DNA of 64,000 nt. Source: Tubulanus polymorphus. Lineage: Eukaryota; Animalia; Nemertea. Shown piece by piece: positions 11,801 to 24,053 of the stretch; within the stretch, counting starts at the first letter, position 1, and each line of letters begins with the position of its first letter. Both the position numbers and the translations under genes were made by a program. The stretch lies in the NCBI RefSeq assembly GCF_964204645.1, contig NC_134032.1, forward strand, positions 4,116,175 through 4,180,174, written 5' to 3'. The notes under the pieces are model-generated. The model saw only the letters and a list, made by a program, of their open reading frames with translations, was not told where the DNA came from and did no database searches.

Positions 11801-13587
11801 CCATGGTTGAAGAAAGAGTTCTTTGGATGTTTGATTCATCATGACGTTGAGCATATCGTGTAGCCAGCCGGCCCGGTCCTGGGGCCCGGTTTGGCTGTCA
11901 CTCGATATCCTAGACTTGAGTCTGGGTTGAAGTAGACATTGTCATTTAAAGAACTTATTCATGTTATTCTGTATGAATTAACCGTGTGTCTTGTATTTTG
12001 TATTTCATTATTTTAAGATTTGTAAGTTTTTTAAATTTTATCCCGGAATTTCAATGTAATAAGGATCAATAAAGTATTGAATTGAATTGTCACCTTATAC
12101 ACATGCCATCAATGGACGCGGAGCCGTATATGACAGCTATGCTATTATAAATTGCTAATCTCATGAAACTTGCATACCCCTTATATCGAACATATTTTCT
12201 AAAACATTTGAATATTGAAATTATATGTTTACACGTTTTTATATAGACCGCTTGTAGCCACCGATGAAATTCACGCCGGCCCTACTCAGATCGTAGATAG
12301 CTTCGTCATTCCACTAGCATCCCCATGTCAGGGTCTGACTTTTATATCAGACTTCCAAATCGTGTATACATCCGCCATTTAACCGAATAGTCCGATTTAC
12401 TTATCATTTCTATTTATGCCTGCCGCTTTTGATATAATCATACATCCTTTACTATTACAATACGTCTTCTCATGATATTCAATGCAATATAACATTTCGA
12501 CGTTCAAATAGACGTCATTATATAATCACAGGGAGCCATTCTACATCTTTATCAATAATATTTTGCCAAATAGCTTGTATGTGTACACATAAACCTGTGA
12601 CGTTTTGCACATCGATTTACGGTTGTCGTTTGTAAAATGACGCTGAATGGTTAACATTGTTTAGGTTTCATAATGGTAACGTTTTATAAGGCGTCAAAAA
12701 AAAGATCATTAGACAGTAAATCATTAGACAGTTCGTCATTGAGACCATTGGGCAGTTCATCATTAGATTATTAGATTATTAGTTGATCATGAGATCTTGG
12801 ACAGTAGTTGGAAGCTAGAACTTTACTTCGGGTTTGAAAAACAGTATCGTTACTATCATAAGATTATTAGACATTTAAATAGCTGGAACAGGAAACAACA
12901 AACAACAGATTATTAGAACATTAGACATCAGATTAGACAGTTGATAATTGCATTTTTAAAATATGGATCAAAAATTATGAATCTCTTCTAGAGTAACAGA
13001 TTATTAGAACATTAGACATCAGATTAGACAGTTGATAATTGCATTTTTAAAATATGGATCAAAAATTATGAATCTCTTCTAGAGTAACAGATTATTAGAA
13101 CATTAGACATCAGATTAGACAGTTGATAATTGCATTTTTAAAATATGGATCAAAAATTATGAATCTCTTCTAGAGTAACAGATTATTAGAACATTAGACA
13201 TCAGATTAGACAGTTGATAATTGCATTTTTAAAATATGGATCAAAAATTATGAATCTCTTCTAGAGTAACAGATTATTAGATCATTAGACATCAGATAAG
13301 ACAGTTGATAATTGCATTTTTAAAATATGGATCAAAACCTCTCCTTATCGTCTATAGTTCTAAAGTATATGTGACTTGCATTTGAATACATCAATTAATT
13401 ACTCTCAGAAAAATGATGTAGATAATAAGGAAAGTGCCTCCTAGGTCGTCGGAGCGTTGAATCCAACGTGAGAATGAATCCATTGACATCGATCGCCCAG
13501 AGATATTGATATAAATATGCGCTTACCTAGAGAATTCCCGATGTATAAAAATACAGCGACTACAAACAAACTCTTCATCGACGCCAT
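2867..13587 (-). CDS. Spliced type I membrane receptor: signal peptide-CUB-CUB-PLAT/LH2-PLAT/LH2-S/T stalk-TM-Tyr-motif tail (copy A)
   Basis: Phase-compatible GT-AG exons: 13527-13587 (MASMKSLFVVAVFLYIGNSL); CUB1 at 9059-9201, 8349-8424, 7974-8102 (GTITTPSYPDNY..CRWKI, YCG, GFKLIW); CUB2 at 7767-7897, 7357-7459, 7149-7277 (GYITSPKYPDKY..CKWRI, YCG..QFTSD..GFKLYW); PLAT-like at 6798-7033, 6657-6711, 6055-6305, 5561-5699; stalk at 5289-5333, 5126-5170; TM at 4803-4955; tail at 3738-3824, 3600-3649, 2867-3064 (ends TGA). Small extra exons cannot be excluded. Confidence 0.8.
3245..3575. repeat. ~32-bp G-rich intronic minisatellite, ~10 copies
   Basis: Unit ccatgctatagattgagggggtgtgggtggtt. Confidence 0.95.
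4157..4375. repeat. ~95-bp-arm inverted repeat, probably Penelope-like terminal repeats in inverted arrangement
   Basis: 4157-4252 is the near-perfect reverse complement of 4278-4373. The centre contains a cgacgtttc/gaaacgtcg hammerhead-like core. Confidence 0.7.
8624..9004. mobile_element. Intronic non-autonomous DNA element (PIF/Harbinger-like MITE)
   Basis: Starts taaagcccggcgc and ends gcgcacccggtttaa, with internal atcgtaaaggt repeats. The same terminus occurs at ~11023. TIRs are imperfect. Confidence 0.45.
10302..10516. repeat. ~57-bp tandem repeat, ~4 copies
   Basis: aaattaatcagtaatcaacagtaagaccctcagtaacatctttcata repeated. Confidence 0.9.
11059..11364 (-). mobile_element. L2/CR1-group non-LTR ORF2 post-RT fragment
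   Basis: VVRNLGDYFD...ERLVHCFITSRLDYCNSLFLG. Confidence 0.8.
11775..12700. mobile_element. One-ended copy of the ~1-kb TIR element at 61597-62610 (opposite orientation)
   Basis: aagctggtctgcaacttcattgcc...ggcgtcaaaaa is the reverse complement of ~61597-62444. Confidence 0.8.
12903..13337. repeat. 91-bp near-perfect tandem repeat, ~4.7 copies, in first intron of receptor copy A
   Basis: cagattattagaacattag recurs at 12906, 12997, 13088, 13179 and 13270. Confidence 0.95.
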
Positions 13588-13878
13588 ATTGAGACTTATC
13601 GATACTAAACAACTAACTGTGAACCACTAACAAAAACTGTGTTTATATAATATTCACACGGACACCGATATCATCAACTTTATAAATCAGAAAACTGCGC
13701 CGCACTGTGCGTTAACTATTAGGAAACCAACGTTTTTATATGAAAATTTCACTTCCATCTACAAAAAACATGTCCATATAAGGAAGAATCATCGTTTTAC
13801 AACTATCAGGGCGGATATTAATAAATTAGACGAGAAGATTCACAATATCCGTGTATGATGATGAGAGAAATCCCACAA

Positions 13879-14042
13879 GGGATCATTCATTTATAACGTA
13901 CGCATAAAATTTGAAATGTTCAACCCCCCTCCCCCCAGTACGCAAAATCAGCAATTGTTCATATACATTAAGCATTACAGTACGCAATTGCACTGACCCC
14001 CTCCCCCTCCCCTAATGCGTACTTAATAAATGAATGACCCCC
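13879..14042. mobile_element. Short MITE (Harbinger-like termini)
   Basis: gggatcattcatttataacgtacgca ... tgcgtacttaataaatgaatgacccc inverted termini. Confidence 0.7.
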
Positions 14043-14044
14043 AA

Positions 14045-15470
14045 TAATGAAGCTAAGATTGAAAAATTGGTTAAACTTCACATTTGAATTGGAAGTTGAT
14101 GGAAAAATCCCATTTTAAGATGTGTGCATTCATAATTATTTGTCGTGTTTCTCAGTTTATAGGAAACCCACTCATTCTGGATCCTACTTGCATTATTTTC
14201 CCATTACCACTTATAGCATAAAACTCGGTGTTGCTCAGGGATTATTTCTTCGTGCTTTTAGGATTTGCGACCCCCTTTTTCTCGATGATGAACTCATGGA
14301 ACGAATAGACGTTAATTGTATTTTCGTCCGATTCCATGATCAGCAGAAAGGTTGTCATTTCGTGCCGGTCGACCAGTTGATACCGTGCGTATATTGTAGA
14401 GAGACTATTAGAGAGTTGTGCTCTACTATCGGAAGCGATCATTTGTCGAACGTCTCTTAAAATCCGAACCCAGACGAGGAGAATACTAACTAGTATATTT
14501 TCGATGATCTGACGAGAATATTATATATCTGATGTATGTCAAAGCTCGCGACTCGCAGGTCGGCCCTGTTCTGATCTGATCTATCCTGAACTCAACTGAA
14601 CCGAACTGGGCTTTCTGAACTATCTCAAAAATGTTAATTAGGTATTTTTAAGTGATGACTAGAGTTGACACTAAGCGTAAAACTGACATGTGAGAGAGTG
14701 CCAAACTTACAATAATATACTATTCAGAACTATGATGATATTAATTATCTTTCTCCAAAGTTGGTAATTACTAAATCAATAGAGTATCTACTACAATTGT
14801 TATTTTACTGATGATCATAAGATATACATCTGACATTGAAACTATAGTGTAAAATCCTCAATTCATAACACTCACTCAGATCAGGAATTCCCCTTAATAA
14901 GTAAGCTAATCCTAACGACTTTTTGAATAAAGCTCTTTTTCGAGCCCGTCGCACTCATTTTTGTAATTCTCGAGTTTCGCGCCCTCAGAAACAGCCAATC
15001 GTCGTACCTTTTGTTCCTTTTTTGGAAAAATCAAAAACTCATTAACAAACAGCTCATTTACACTTACAATAATAAACTTAGTCATAACTTAACTCACAAT
15101 TCCTGCAAAACGGAACCTTTAAACATTGGTGTATACAAGATACCTTGTAAAGTATGTAATCAAATATATATTGGTGAAACTGGGCGTGATTTGAATAAGC
15201 GCCTCAGAGAACATAAAAATGACGTCAAAAATTTCAAACCCGAAAGTGGACTAGCTAATCACGTTTATGAACGTCTAGTCACAATTTTGATTTTGATTAT
15301 GCCGCTATAATCTTTCCCTGTCCCGATAAAACCAAACGTCACATTACGGAATCTGCCCTAATTATTGAAAATATGGATAAATGTGTTAATTTGAATAACA
15401 GTTTTTCTCCTCACAATATTTTGATCTCTAAATTTCTCACTTCACTTGTACCCTCATTATTCTAATCCTG
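14045..15470 (+). mobile_element. Penelope-like element remnant (RT thumb plus GIY-YIG endonuclease), interrupted by another repeat at ~14300-14880
   Basis: SVYRKPTHSGSYLHYF...LFLRAFRICD and GVYKIPCKVCNQIYIGETGRDLNKRLREHK. Confidence 0.88.
14300..14715. repeat. Dispersed repeat family nested in the Penelope-like remnant
   Basis: Reverse-complement homologs at ~35020-35365 and, more diverged, ~37880-38140 (e.g. cgactcgcaggtcg, gaacgtctctt, aaactgacatgtg). Confidence 0.6.
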
Positions 15471-15493
15471 TTAGCTTGTTTTCCTCCGTTTGA

Positions 15494-15636
15494 CACTCCC
15501 TCCCTCACTCCCTCCCTCACTCACTCCCTCCCTCCCTCACTCACTCACTCCCTCACTCCCTCCCTCCCTCACTCACTCACTCACTCACTCACTCACTCAC
15601 TCACTCCCTCACTCACTCACTCACTCACTCACTCAC
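15494..15636. repeat. (TCCC/TCAC)n microsatellite
   Basis: Direct read. Confidence 0.95.
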
Positions 15637-15689
15637 TTATTTAATCACTTAAATCTTAATCCTTTAATCTTAATCATTTGTCGTATCAC

Positions 15690-16144
15690 CGTCTTGAGAA
15701 AAATATTTTCAATTATTCTGAATACACGCATTATACAATGGTTAGAGGCACACCAAGTATTAAATAATGCACAGGCCAAATAATGGTACTATAAATCAAT
15801 CCTTTGTATTATCTTCAATCATCGACCACTGTATAACGAAGAAAATGAAAAATGCGTGTATGGCATTCGTAGATTTTTCTAAGGCCTTCGATTATTTGAA
15901 CCACGACATTCTCTGGAAAAAGATCCTGGAAGCTGGTATCACTGGCAAAGTTTATAACATAATTAAATCTATGTATGCTAACAGTGAATCATGTGTCAAA
16001 AACAATGGGTTCATATCTAGCTTTTTTGACTGCACCGTCGGCGTAAGGCAAGGCGACTGTATCTCGCCTGTACTTTTCAATATCTATATAAATGACATGG
16101 AAGAATTTTTTATAAACAATGGCAGTTCATCTACTGAACATTGA
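15690..16144 (+). mobile_element. Non-LTR reverse transcriptase core fragment
   Basis: KIFSIILNTRI, AFVDFSKAFDYLNH, GVRQGDCISPVLFNIYIND. Confidence 0.88.
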
Positions 16145-16145
16145 A

Positions 16146-16420
16146 ATCAAATATCTTCCAACAGATCTAAGTTTTCCGATTGAATTAGTAGTTAGAAGTT
16201 GAATAAATTTTGCCATGCTAGGATGCGTTCTAAAATAACGAGGTAAGAGATTACTTCGAAGCGAGTTGTATGAGGGGCAGGACATGAGAACGTGATATTC
16301 GTCCTCAATTTCGTCAGTGGAGCAAGTTGTACAAACTTAATCTTGGCTTCATTATTGCGGGATTTCTCCCATTAATAAATACTTAAACGTGTATAATCTT
16401 CTCTGATTGAAATATCTAGA
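16146..16420 (-). mobile_element. Non-LTR ORF2 C-terminal CCHC fragment
   Basis: Minus strand reads IEDEYHVLMSCPSYNSLR. Confidence 0.6.
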
Positions 16421-16849
16421 GGGGTAGGTCTGAGGGGTAGGACCAGGAGAAGTCATATATACCCTAGGGGAGGTTGGGGTAAACCTTCAGACGATTTGCG
16501 ATCATTTCAGAGATTGAGATCTTTTTATTTAAATGAAAAAACTGCGTTGTATCATAGCATAGTAGACCATCATTTTTTGACAGATAATTTCACTTCCTTG
16601 AACGAGACGTTATTTTGTGAATGATCGGGATCATTATCTCTCTCTCTCCTCTATTGACGCACTCTGATAAACTATTGAAAACTAGAATACATAAAATTGA
16701 GAGAGGGTTAGATTTAACTTTGTCATATTCATCGGGATCTAAGATCTAAGAAAATAATTTTTCAACCTTTATCCAATTTTGAAATTTCAACCGATTTAGA
16801 TTTTTGGAGTTTTCGTTAAGCGAGGCAATGGGGTAAAAATAACGGATGT

Positions 16850-17442
16850 ATGGTCAAGGAAAAAATGGCCACGAAAAAAAGGCCAAGGAAAATGTATGTG
16901 AACTACTGCCAATGTTAATAAAAACATTAAACTTTCAATTTAAAGACATCATATATTTTTCATGGGGCTTAAAACAATTAATATCGGTAGTAATGAGTTC
17001 AGAAATGTGATGAACTTACATTTCATTTCATGACATATAATGAATATATCAAGAACTATCCTGCAAGTGGTCAATGGATAAACTTACTAGCGATGAACTT
17101 AAACTTAATAAGATAACTAAATTGATAATTGAAAACATCTAAGTAAGCTATTAGGGCACAGACTGTCATAAATCATCAAAGGTAAATGCATCGAAATTGT
17201 GTGATATAGCAAACTGGTGCAGTGTCTGATAACATCAAAGTGAGATATGATCAATGTAAATTTACCTAAACTAATTCAGGAATCGGTCTAATAATCTCGA
17301 AAAGTGACATGCCAAAACATCGGAAAACATCAATGCAATTGATTTCGTGTTAGTTAATAAAATGACAGTCAGTTTTCCATTTAATCTTCCTTGGCCGTCT
17401 TTTCCGTGGCCATTTTTTCCGTGGCCATTTTTCCCATTCACC
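16850..17442. mobile_element. Non-autonomous element with inverted subterminal aaaaatggccacgg repeats
   Basis: 16851-16893 is inverted relative to 17389-17442. Confidence 0.55.
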
Positions 17443-20080
17443 AAAATAAACTCGTTTTGAGTTTGAAACAAATCAGCTGAATGTTCATAAATATGACATT
17501 ATATGTTTTTGAATGAGAAAACTGCGTTGTATTATAGCATATGAAACCATCATGACAGATAATTTCACTTCCTTGTACGAGACTATTTCGAACACTTCGA
17601 GAAACTTGAGAAAAAAATAGATTTTGATTAGTTTCGTTTTTAGTAAATTCGTCGAAATTAAGAACACTCGAAAAAATCGAAAGAAAAAAAATCATCCAAT
17701 TAACAATCAACTAACGAGGCTAAAATTTGTAATTTTCTGAGAAAGCTTGTAAAACCGTAGGAAATATTTTGAACACATTTATCCAAGTTCTTGCCTGGTA
17801 AATTGTATGGTTTATGTAAAGTCCACGAAGACAATTTTCTATTCAGATCGGCTGAATAAAGCTAAAAATATCTGCACGAAATTATCAAACCACATAATAC
17901 AACAGTTATTTCATGCTAGACAGTAACTGAAAATTTCTGGAAAGACTCAAAAGTTTTCCAGAAAATTTCACCCTTTCGATATAGGCCTACTGTATCAGTT
18001 ATGATCTCCGTTCACAAACCTGCGTCGCTTAAAAAAAAAAAAACTACGTTCACCCAAATTCAGATTATATTTATAACTCAACATTACAAACCCTCATATG
18101 ATACAAGAGCGCATTTAAAGAACTTCTTAAAAACGCTACGTCCGGGATGTTTAATGCGGCGACAATCGCCTATATTTAAAACGAGATGATGGTGTAACCA
18201 CGCGTAGCCAGTTAGACCCTACTCTAGTAGCCGAACTCAATCCGGCAAATTCTGAGAGTTTGTTTTATTTCCAAACTCAAACCGGCATCGTACCTTAGAA
18301 AAGTCGATGATATTTGTGTCTATTTTTTTGAACTAATTCTAATTACTAATTTGCACGAAGATATTTTATTATTACTAAACTAGAAATATTTGCTAATAGA
18401 AATTTTTAAAACTAGGATAATATAATTTCTGATACATGTATCGCGCGTGTTGCTTGCCGAGTCACAGAATGACGTCATTTTTGATGCGAGTAGCTAACTA
18501 AAAGTCACCGATTATCCAAGGCGAATATTCGGAAAAACGCCGCGGAGAATTTGACGTTTGAAACTAATCAAGTTTTCCGACGTAAGAATATCGCAGGTTC
18601 AAACACGCGTTCAATGCAGAGTTTTCCCGCGAAACCCGAGTTTTAGAAACATCGCATTTTTGCTGGTGTAGACAGTAAACCGGGATAGGTACCGGGTCTT
18701 GAGCGTTAAACACCTACGGAGTGAATGATATAAAATCACCGGTGTTAGATATATTGCTAACTCATACTATTCCTGTTTTCAGGTGGTAGAATAAGCAAGT
18801 TTTCGCGGTAAATTGGACAGAAACGGATCGGGCCATTAACCGGTGTTTGGGATAACCGGAGAAATTTAGATGGATGGACTCATCTTACAGCAGTTATCAG
18901 CGGGAAACACGAATAACCAGTTTTCAGAGTAGAATTCCGAGGTGTAGATTCATTCTATGATATTGAGTCCCAGAATCCAAATTTAGAATTCTGGAGAAAC
19001 TTTCCATCTGCGATATTTCATCAGATCCTAACCGCTCTTTCAGGGTTAACGATGATACATTTGATGGATTTACATATATCCGCTATTTCTGATATTTGTT
19101 TCCGATATTTTTGTACTAAAACTTGTGTGAAATAAGCTTCAGAACAACATAGCATACAACTATTAGTGTTCCGTTTATAAGGATTGGTCTATGTTTCTAA
19201 GGATTATCTGGTCGAGGTTGTTCCAGGATTGACAGTAGTTCCAATTTCATGTAGTCATAAGGTGGCTCATTTCATATTCTGTAGTTCAGTTTTCTCACTT
19301 TGTTTCTAGTCTCTTTCTAGTGTCTGTAAATCTTACTGTGAAGTTGTGACTTGCAGTGTATTTTTATGAGTGTTCTCAAACGGTGGATCATTTAGTGAGT
19401 TGAATTGACTGTAGACGGCAGCACTAGCTGGTTAATGCATAAATATCTCAAAACATCCTACAACCCAGTCAAATAAATTCATCAAAATAGGATTAGATGT
19501 TTATAGATCCCTCTAATAGTTGATATATTGTAAATAGTGGATGTTTGTATCATTAACAACTTTGTTATATTTTATCGAGAAAAGTTCCTAATTCCTAATA
19601 CATTATTTTACCTATTCGATTCACTCATCATTCGATTCAAACATCATAATTTTATTGGCGTTAACTGATAAAATTTGGATTTCTTGCGATTTGTTTACAA
19701 ATATTTTCACGAATTAAGAGAAAAATAAAAACATTTCAATGAAAAACATAACAAGGTTATTTACAATATATACAAATACATGTACTATTTACTAAAACAC
19801 ACGACAGACAGGGGGATAGAGATTAGACTGGTTGCCGGTCTCTTATTACCGATTAGATTTATACAATTAAACCAGTCTTACCTGTGTTTGAGGAGATTGA
19901 GATCCACTTACGTCCAGCACTATTCACAGAAGGCGAAATCAATTGACAGATTAAACGTCTGAATGAGTTGTCAATCATAAATCAAACTCCGCCTAAAATA
20001 GAAAATCATACATAACACAATGAGAAATGCTAACACACGAGAGAGGGCCGTAATCTGGCGTGGACGTATAATTTTGATAT

Positions 20081-20271
20081 CTTTTTTTCAACCCGCTAAG
20101 CGCCACGCAGGGCATTAAAAGCGGGTTCGACGTTTCTTTCTCCCGATGGGGTAGAGACCGGAGAAGAACCTTCGACCGATAAACTCTGTCGCCACCGGGG
20201 TTTGAACCCATAAACCCTGGATTGACGAGACCAGTGACCGGCGGCTTAAACCAACTCGGCCACTGCGTCGC
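20081..20271 (-). mobile_element. tRNA-derived SINE
   Basis: A box tggccgagttgg and B box gggttcaaaccc, followed by a non-tRNA body and a short A tail. Confidence 0.7.
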
Positions 20272-21931
20272 TTGTATCATTCCTCGTGTTTGTGGTCATT
20301 CGTAGAATTACCATCAAACTTCTCCTTATACGGGTAAGTCTCAGTTGTAGATCAGGCAATAATTGATAGCTAAAAAGTTAATCTAAAATATTAGAAATAT
20401 TTCGGGTTTCTTCGGTTTGAAAATGCATATTTCTAAACCATAGAAGGATCTTAGCAAACACCTGCAATATTTCTAATATTCTAAATAAACTCTTTAGGTA
20501 TCAATTCATTTATTGTGGAATTTTACAGGTAAGTCTTGTTTAATTGTATAATTCTACTCATTTCCACAATTCACACGCAATTCTACGAGATTTCGAATGA
20601 AAAATTCATTTCGTCGATGAATAAAAAGTCCGTACCGACTACAGTTGTGCAGATCCTCGCCAGAGTATTCTCAGAAGTTCCGATTATCGGCTTATTATAA
20701 AACTGTGCAAACGTGTCTTCGCAGTACGACCATCTGAAAGTGTTCGCGTCGAGCTGCTTCAACAGCTGAAGCAACCGCTGCCTGAGTTGAATGACTCCCA
20801 CATCTAGAAGTATCAGTTCCTGTATCCGACAAAACATCTTTCATTCACGATGTATATATTGTGTCTCCCGATACCCCGGCATCAGGCTCGATACGACCTA
20901 TAAATAATTGATCGCAAAAACCGGCTCGATTATTAGCAGACGATAGTCGAATAGAACTCAAAATTAGCAGACGATAGTCTAATAGAACTCAAAATTAGCA
21001 GACGACAGTCAAATAGAACTCAAAATCAACTGATTCAAATTGTCCGAGAGTCACAGATCCTGTAAGTTACCTCTCACACGCCACACGTCAGCAGGCTCCG
21101 CATCTCGAGATCAATTTCTTCCTGCAAGGTTAAACGTAAACTCGATTATTACACATTCTCATCAACTCGCGATACCAGACCCGAGTAGTATATATTAGAC
21201 AACTCGAGAAGAACGCCCTACTTTCCCGGTTCCTTGAAACAAATCCGTGTTTAATGAATCAGTTTAGTTCAACTGTTTAGATTTATTTTACTATCAATCA
21301 ATCAATACGCTCTGTTAGGAGCTGAGTTAGAGAGCTACTGTAGTTAACCTTAGTCTGATTTGTGAACAAATTATGTTTTATCGAAGCCAGTGAAAAGAAT
21401 AACATTCGAATAGATCGTTTAGAACCAATCAAACTGACGTCTCCGGCTCTCCTGGAACCAGGGCAGGTTCAAATCCCAGAAAAAAGGCCATTTTTCATAG
21501 GCACACAGGAGCCTCGAAGCCCCTAAGAAGGTCTGGGAATTTTTCGAATTTTAAAAGCCTCATTTGCTAGAAGCCGTTTCCTGCATTCTGAACCTTGGAA
21601 TATGAACAAGTTACTCACCACTTACACCGCTATTGTCTGTGTCTCCGTCAGAAAACTTTTAAACTGAAGCACCCCGAGGAGGATGATCATTCTGTATTGC
21701 TTGCCGATTGTGAACAGTATTGAGATCATTTGTCTGTTGTATCAGAAGTGTAATAGGATCAGCTACATCATTTGGCTGTGGTCGATTGTCAGATGATTGT
21801 GGAATTGGATTATCGAAACATCAGACGATTGTGGAATTGGTTCATTAACATGATTTGGCTGTGGTCGGTTGTCAGATGATTCTTAACTGAAATTATAAAT
21901 AAACTAGAATTGTAAAAAATCTTTGAAGTTA

Positions 21932-22135
21932 GGCTAAAAAGGAAAATTGATACCTTGTTTCTCTGCTCTGCTGAGCAGATAAGTTGACCCGGCTGGCCGC
22001 CTATCTACCCTGTACATTACTTTTTTTTTGAAATTGTGATTTTACCATCCGGCCGCTATAGAAATGAACTGTTTACATATTTTACAAAAATGACCCGGCC
22101 GCTGCAGAGAAACAAGGTATCATTTTTGTTTAGCC
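21932..22135. mobile_element. MITE with TTA target-site duplication
   Basis: tta|ggctaaaaaggaaaattgataccttgtttctctgc ... gcagagaaacaaggtatcatttttgtttagcc|tta. Confidence 0.75.
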
Positions 22136-23375
22136 TTATCTAAAAAAACCGATTCATGTAATTTCATTCGAAAGTAAGGGGAATCTTGTTTTAATAAGAA
22201 AGGCAATTGACCGGGATGAATTACTACCTAAAGACCCTGTATTAATGGACGACACATATCGGCAAAAAGAAGGTTTAGGATCTTAAAATCTAAATACTGA
22301 AGACAGCATGATTTTATTTTGTAATTTTCCGCAATGCGAATGTCAGTAAAACGGCTGCTGCAGAAAGAGGCGTCTAATGGGATGAATTAAGGCTAAACTA
22401 GAGGCGCGTGATGGGACAGCGAGCCTCACGAGGGGAACTTTCCAAAAGTAGCAACTTTGAAGGGAATGTAAATCATTGTTGAAACTAAGCTTAAAACAAA
22501 TCAAATGCATTATCATTTAGTTATTATTATTAGTATTATTATTATTTCCAGGTTTATGTTTCTAAACTGATTAATGTCATGAAGATGCTATTTTGAATTT
22601 AAGAGGCCAAGTTTGATTTTCAGCTATTCTCTTTATGAAATTGATAACAGATAAAATGGTATTTATCATCGTAATTTAAATCAATTTGCGATCTAGCCTC
22701 AACTTTGCCCGCGAGTGCTACGAGTGTAATGATCTTTACATTTTTAGTCTATATCCACGAGTTCAGGAGATATTGAAGTTTGTTTCTATGAAATATTGCC
22801 TTCTTAAGATCATTGTATTGAAACGTGAAGTCGACACTATTCGCTGAAATTTTCAAACTTCAGATCGCGATAGGCCTATCTCGAAAACTACCGAAGATAT
22901 TTCAAAAATGTGAAAAGCATATCGTTATTCGAGCCCACCCTGTTTTGTTAGTTTTTATTTTGGTAAGATTTTTTTACAGAGGCTAGAACAGCAGAGACCA
23001 GCAATTAGTCTATAAAATCAAAATCTATCATTTAATTTATCATCACTAAACGATGAAAAGATTACTAGCGACACCTAGCGGATTCAACAGGAGTCAGCGG
23101 CTCTGACAGTTCTATGAATAGTCTATATGTACACGTGGCGATTTGAACACAGACTACACTGGACATTAAAATAGTGGATAAAAAGCGTCTTTTTGCAAAA
23201 TTGACGGGGAAAATGCTGATGTTTTTACATTTTGCTGCTGCTTTTACTTGTTCCTTGTCTTACGCCGAATCGAGCGGTCTTTAGTCGGCAGTTTTTATGT
23301 TAAAATCCTGATTTTATGCGCAGCGAAACAGAAATCAAAACAAATCCGCGCCATCCATTTCAAAGACTGGTTGCC

Positions 23376-24053
23376 TGTTCTGGAATTTTCTCAATACTAA
23401 AATCATTTGATCTTCATGGTGTTTGGTCTAATCATGGCTCCAACCACCCCAATAAAATTATCAAACTGCTCCAGTCTAAAATGTATCTTTTATATCCTTC
23501 TTCGTGGCTATTTTAAATCAACGAAAGTAATTCCAACCCCAAATTAAGAACTTACAAACTTTTTAAAAAACGCTTTGAACTAGAAAAATATATAATTTCG
23601 AACTCTTTCCTTAAAAGACGCGAATTTTCCAAACTGCGTCTCGGTTCCCATCGGCTTAGAATCGAGACGGCGCGTCACTGTCGTCCATTTTTACCAGCCA
23701 ATGAGAGATTTTGCCTCTACTGTACTGTAAATAAAGTCGTTGAGGACGAATCCCACTTTTTACTCATTGTCCCTCGTTTCATCCTGCCAGAGTTTCCATT
23801 TTATCCTCACTTGTATGTTTCACTGAGTTTGAGTCTTTTTGTGTTTTCGATAAATTCTTATTTTTGATGTCTTATAACAACGGAGACTATGAAATTGCCA
23901 GCCGTATGTGTAACCTAGTTAACTCTTTACTTCAACACTTTGATTCTTTTTATATTATATTCACTTGGTTGTATCGCCACCTAGTTTCCTTGCTGTAGTA
24001 TTATATTTTGTTTTACATTTTACATATTTTATTTGCAAATATTCTCTATTCCT
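23376..24053 (+). mobile_element. 3' end of a non-LTR retrotransposon ORF2 plus 3' UTR
   Basis: KLRTYKLFK...FSKLRLGSHRLRIETARH...ERFCLYC...VEDESHFLL. Confidence 0.8.

Noticed and set aside
20190-20271. Functional tRNA gene
   Set aside because: A and B boxes are present, but I cannot form a convincing cloverleaf and it runs into a SINE-like body and tail.
20583-21125. Possible exons of another minus-strand gene
   Set aside because: Splice-like signals exist, but the frames contain stops and there is no recognisable domain.
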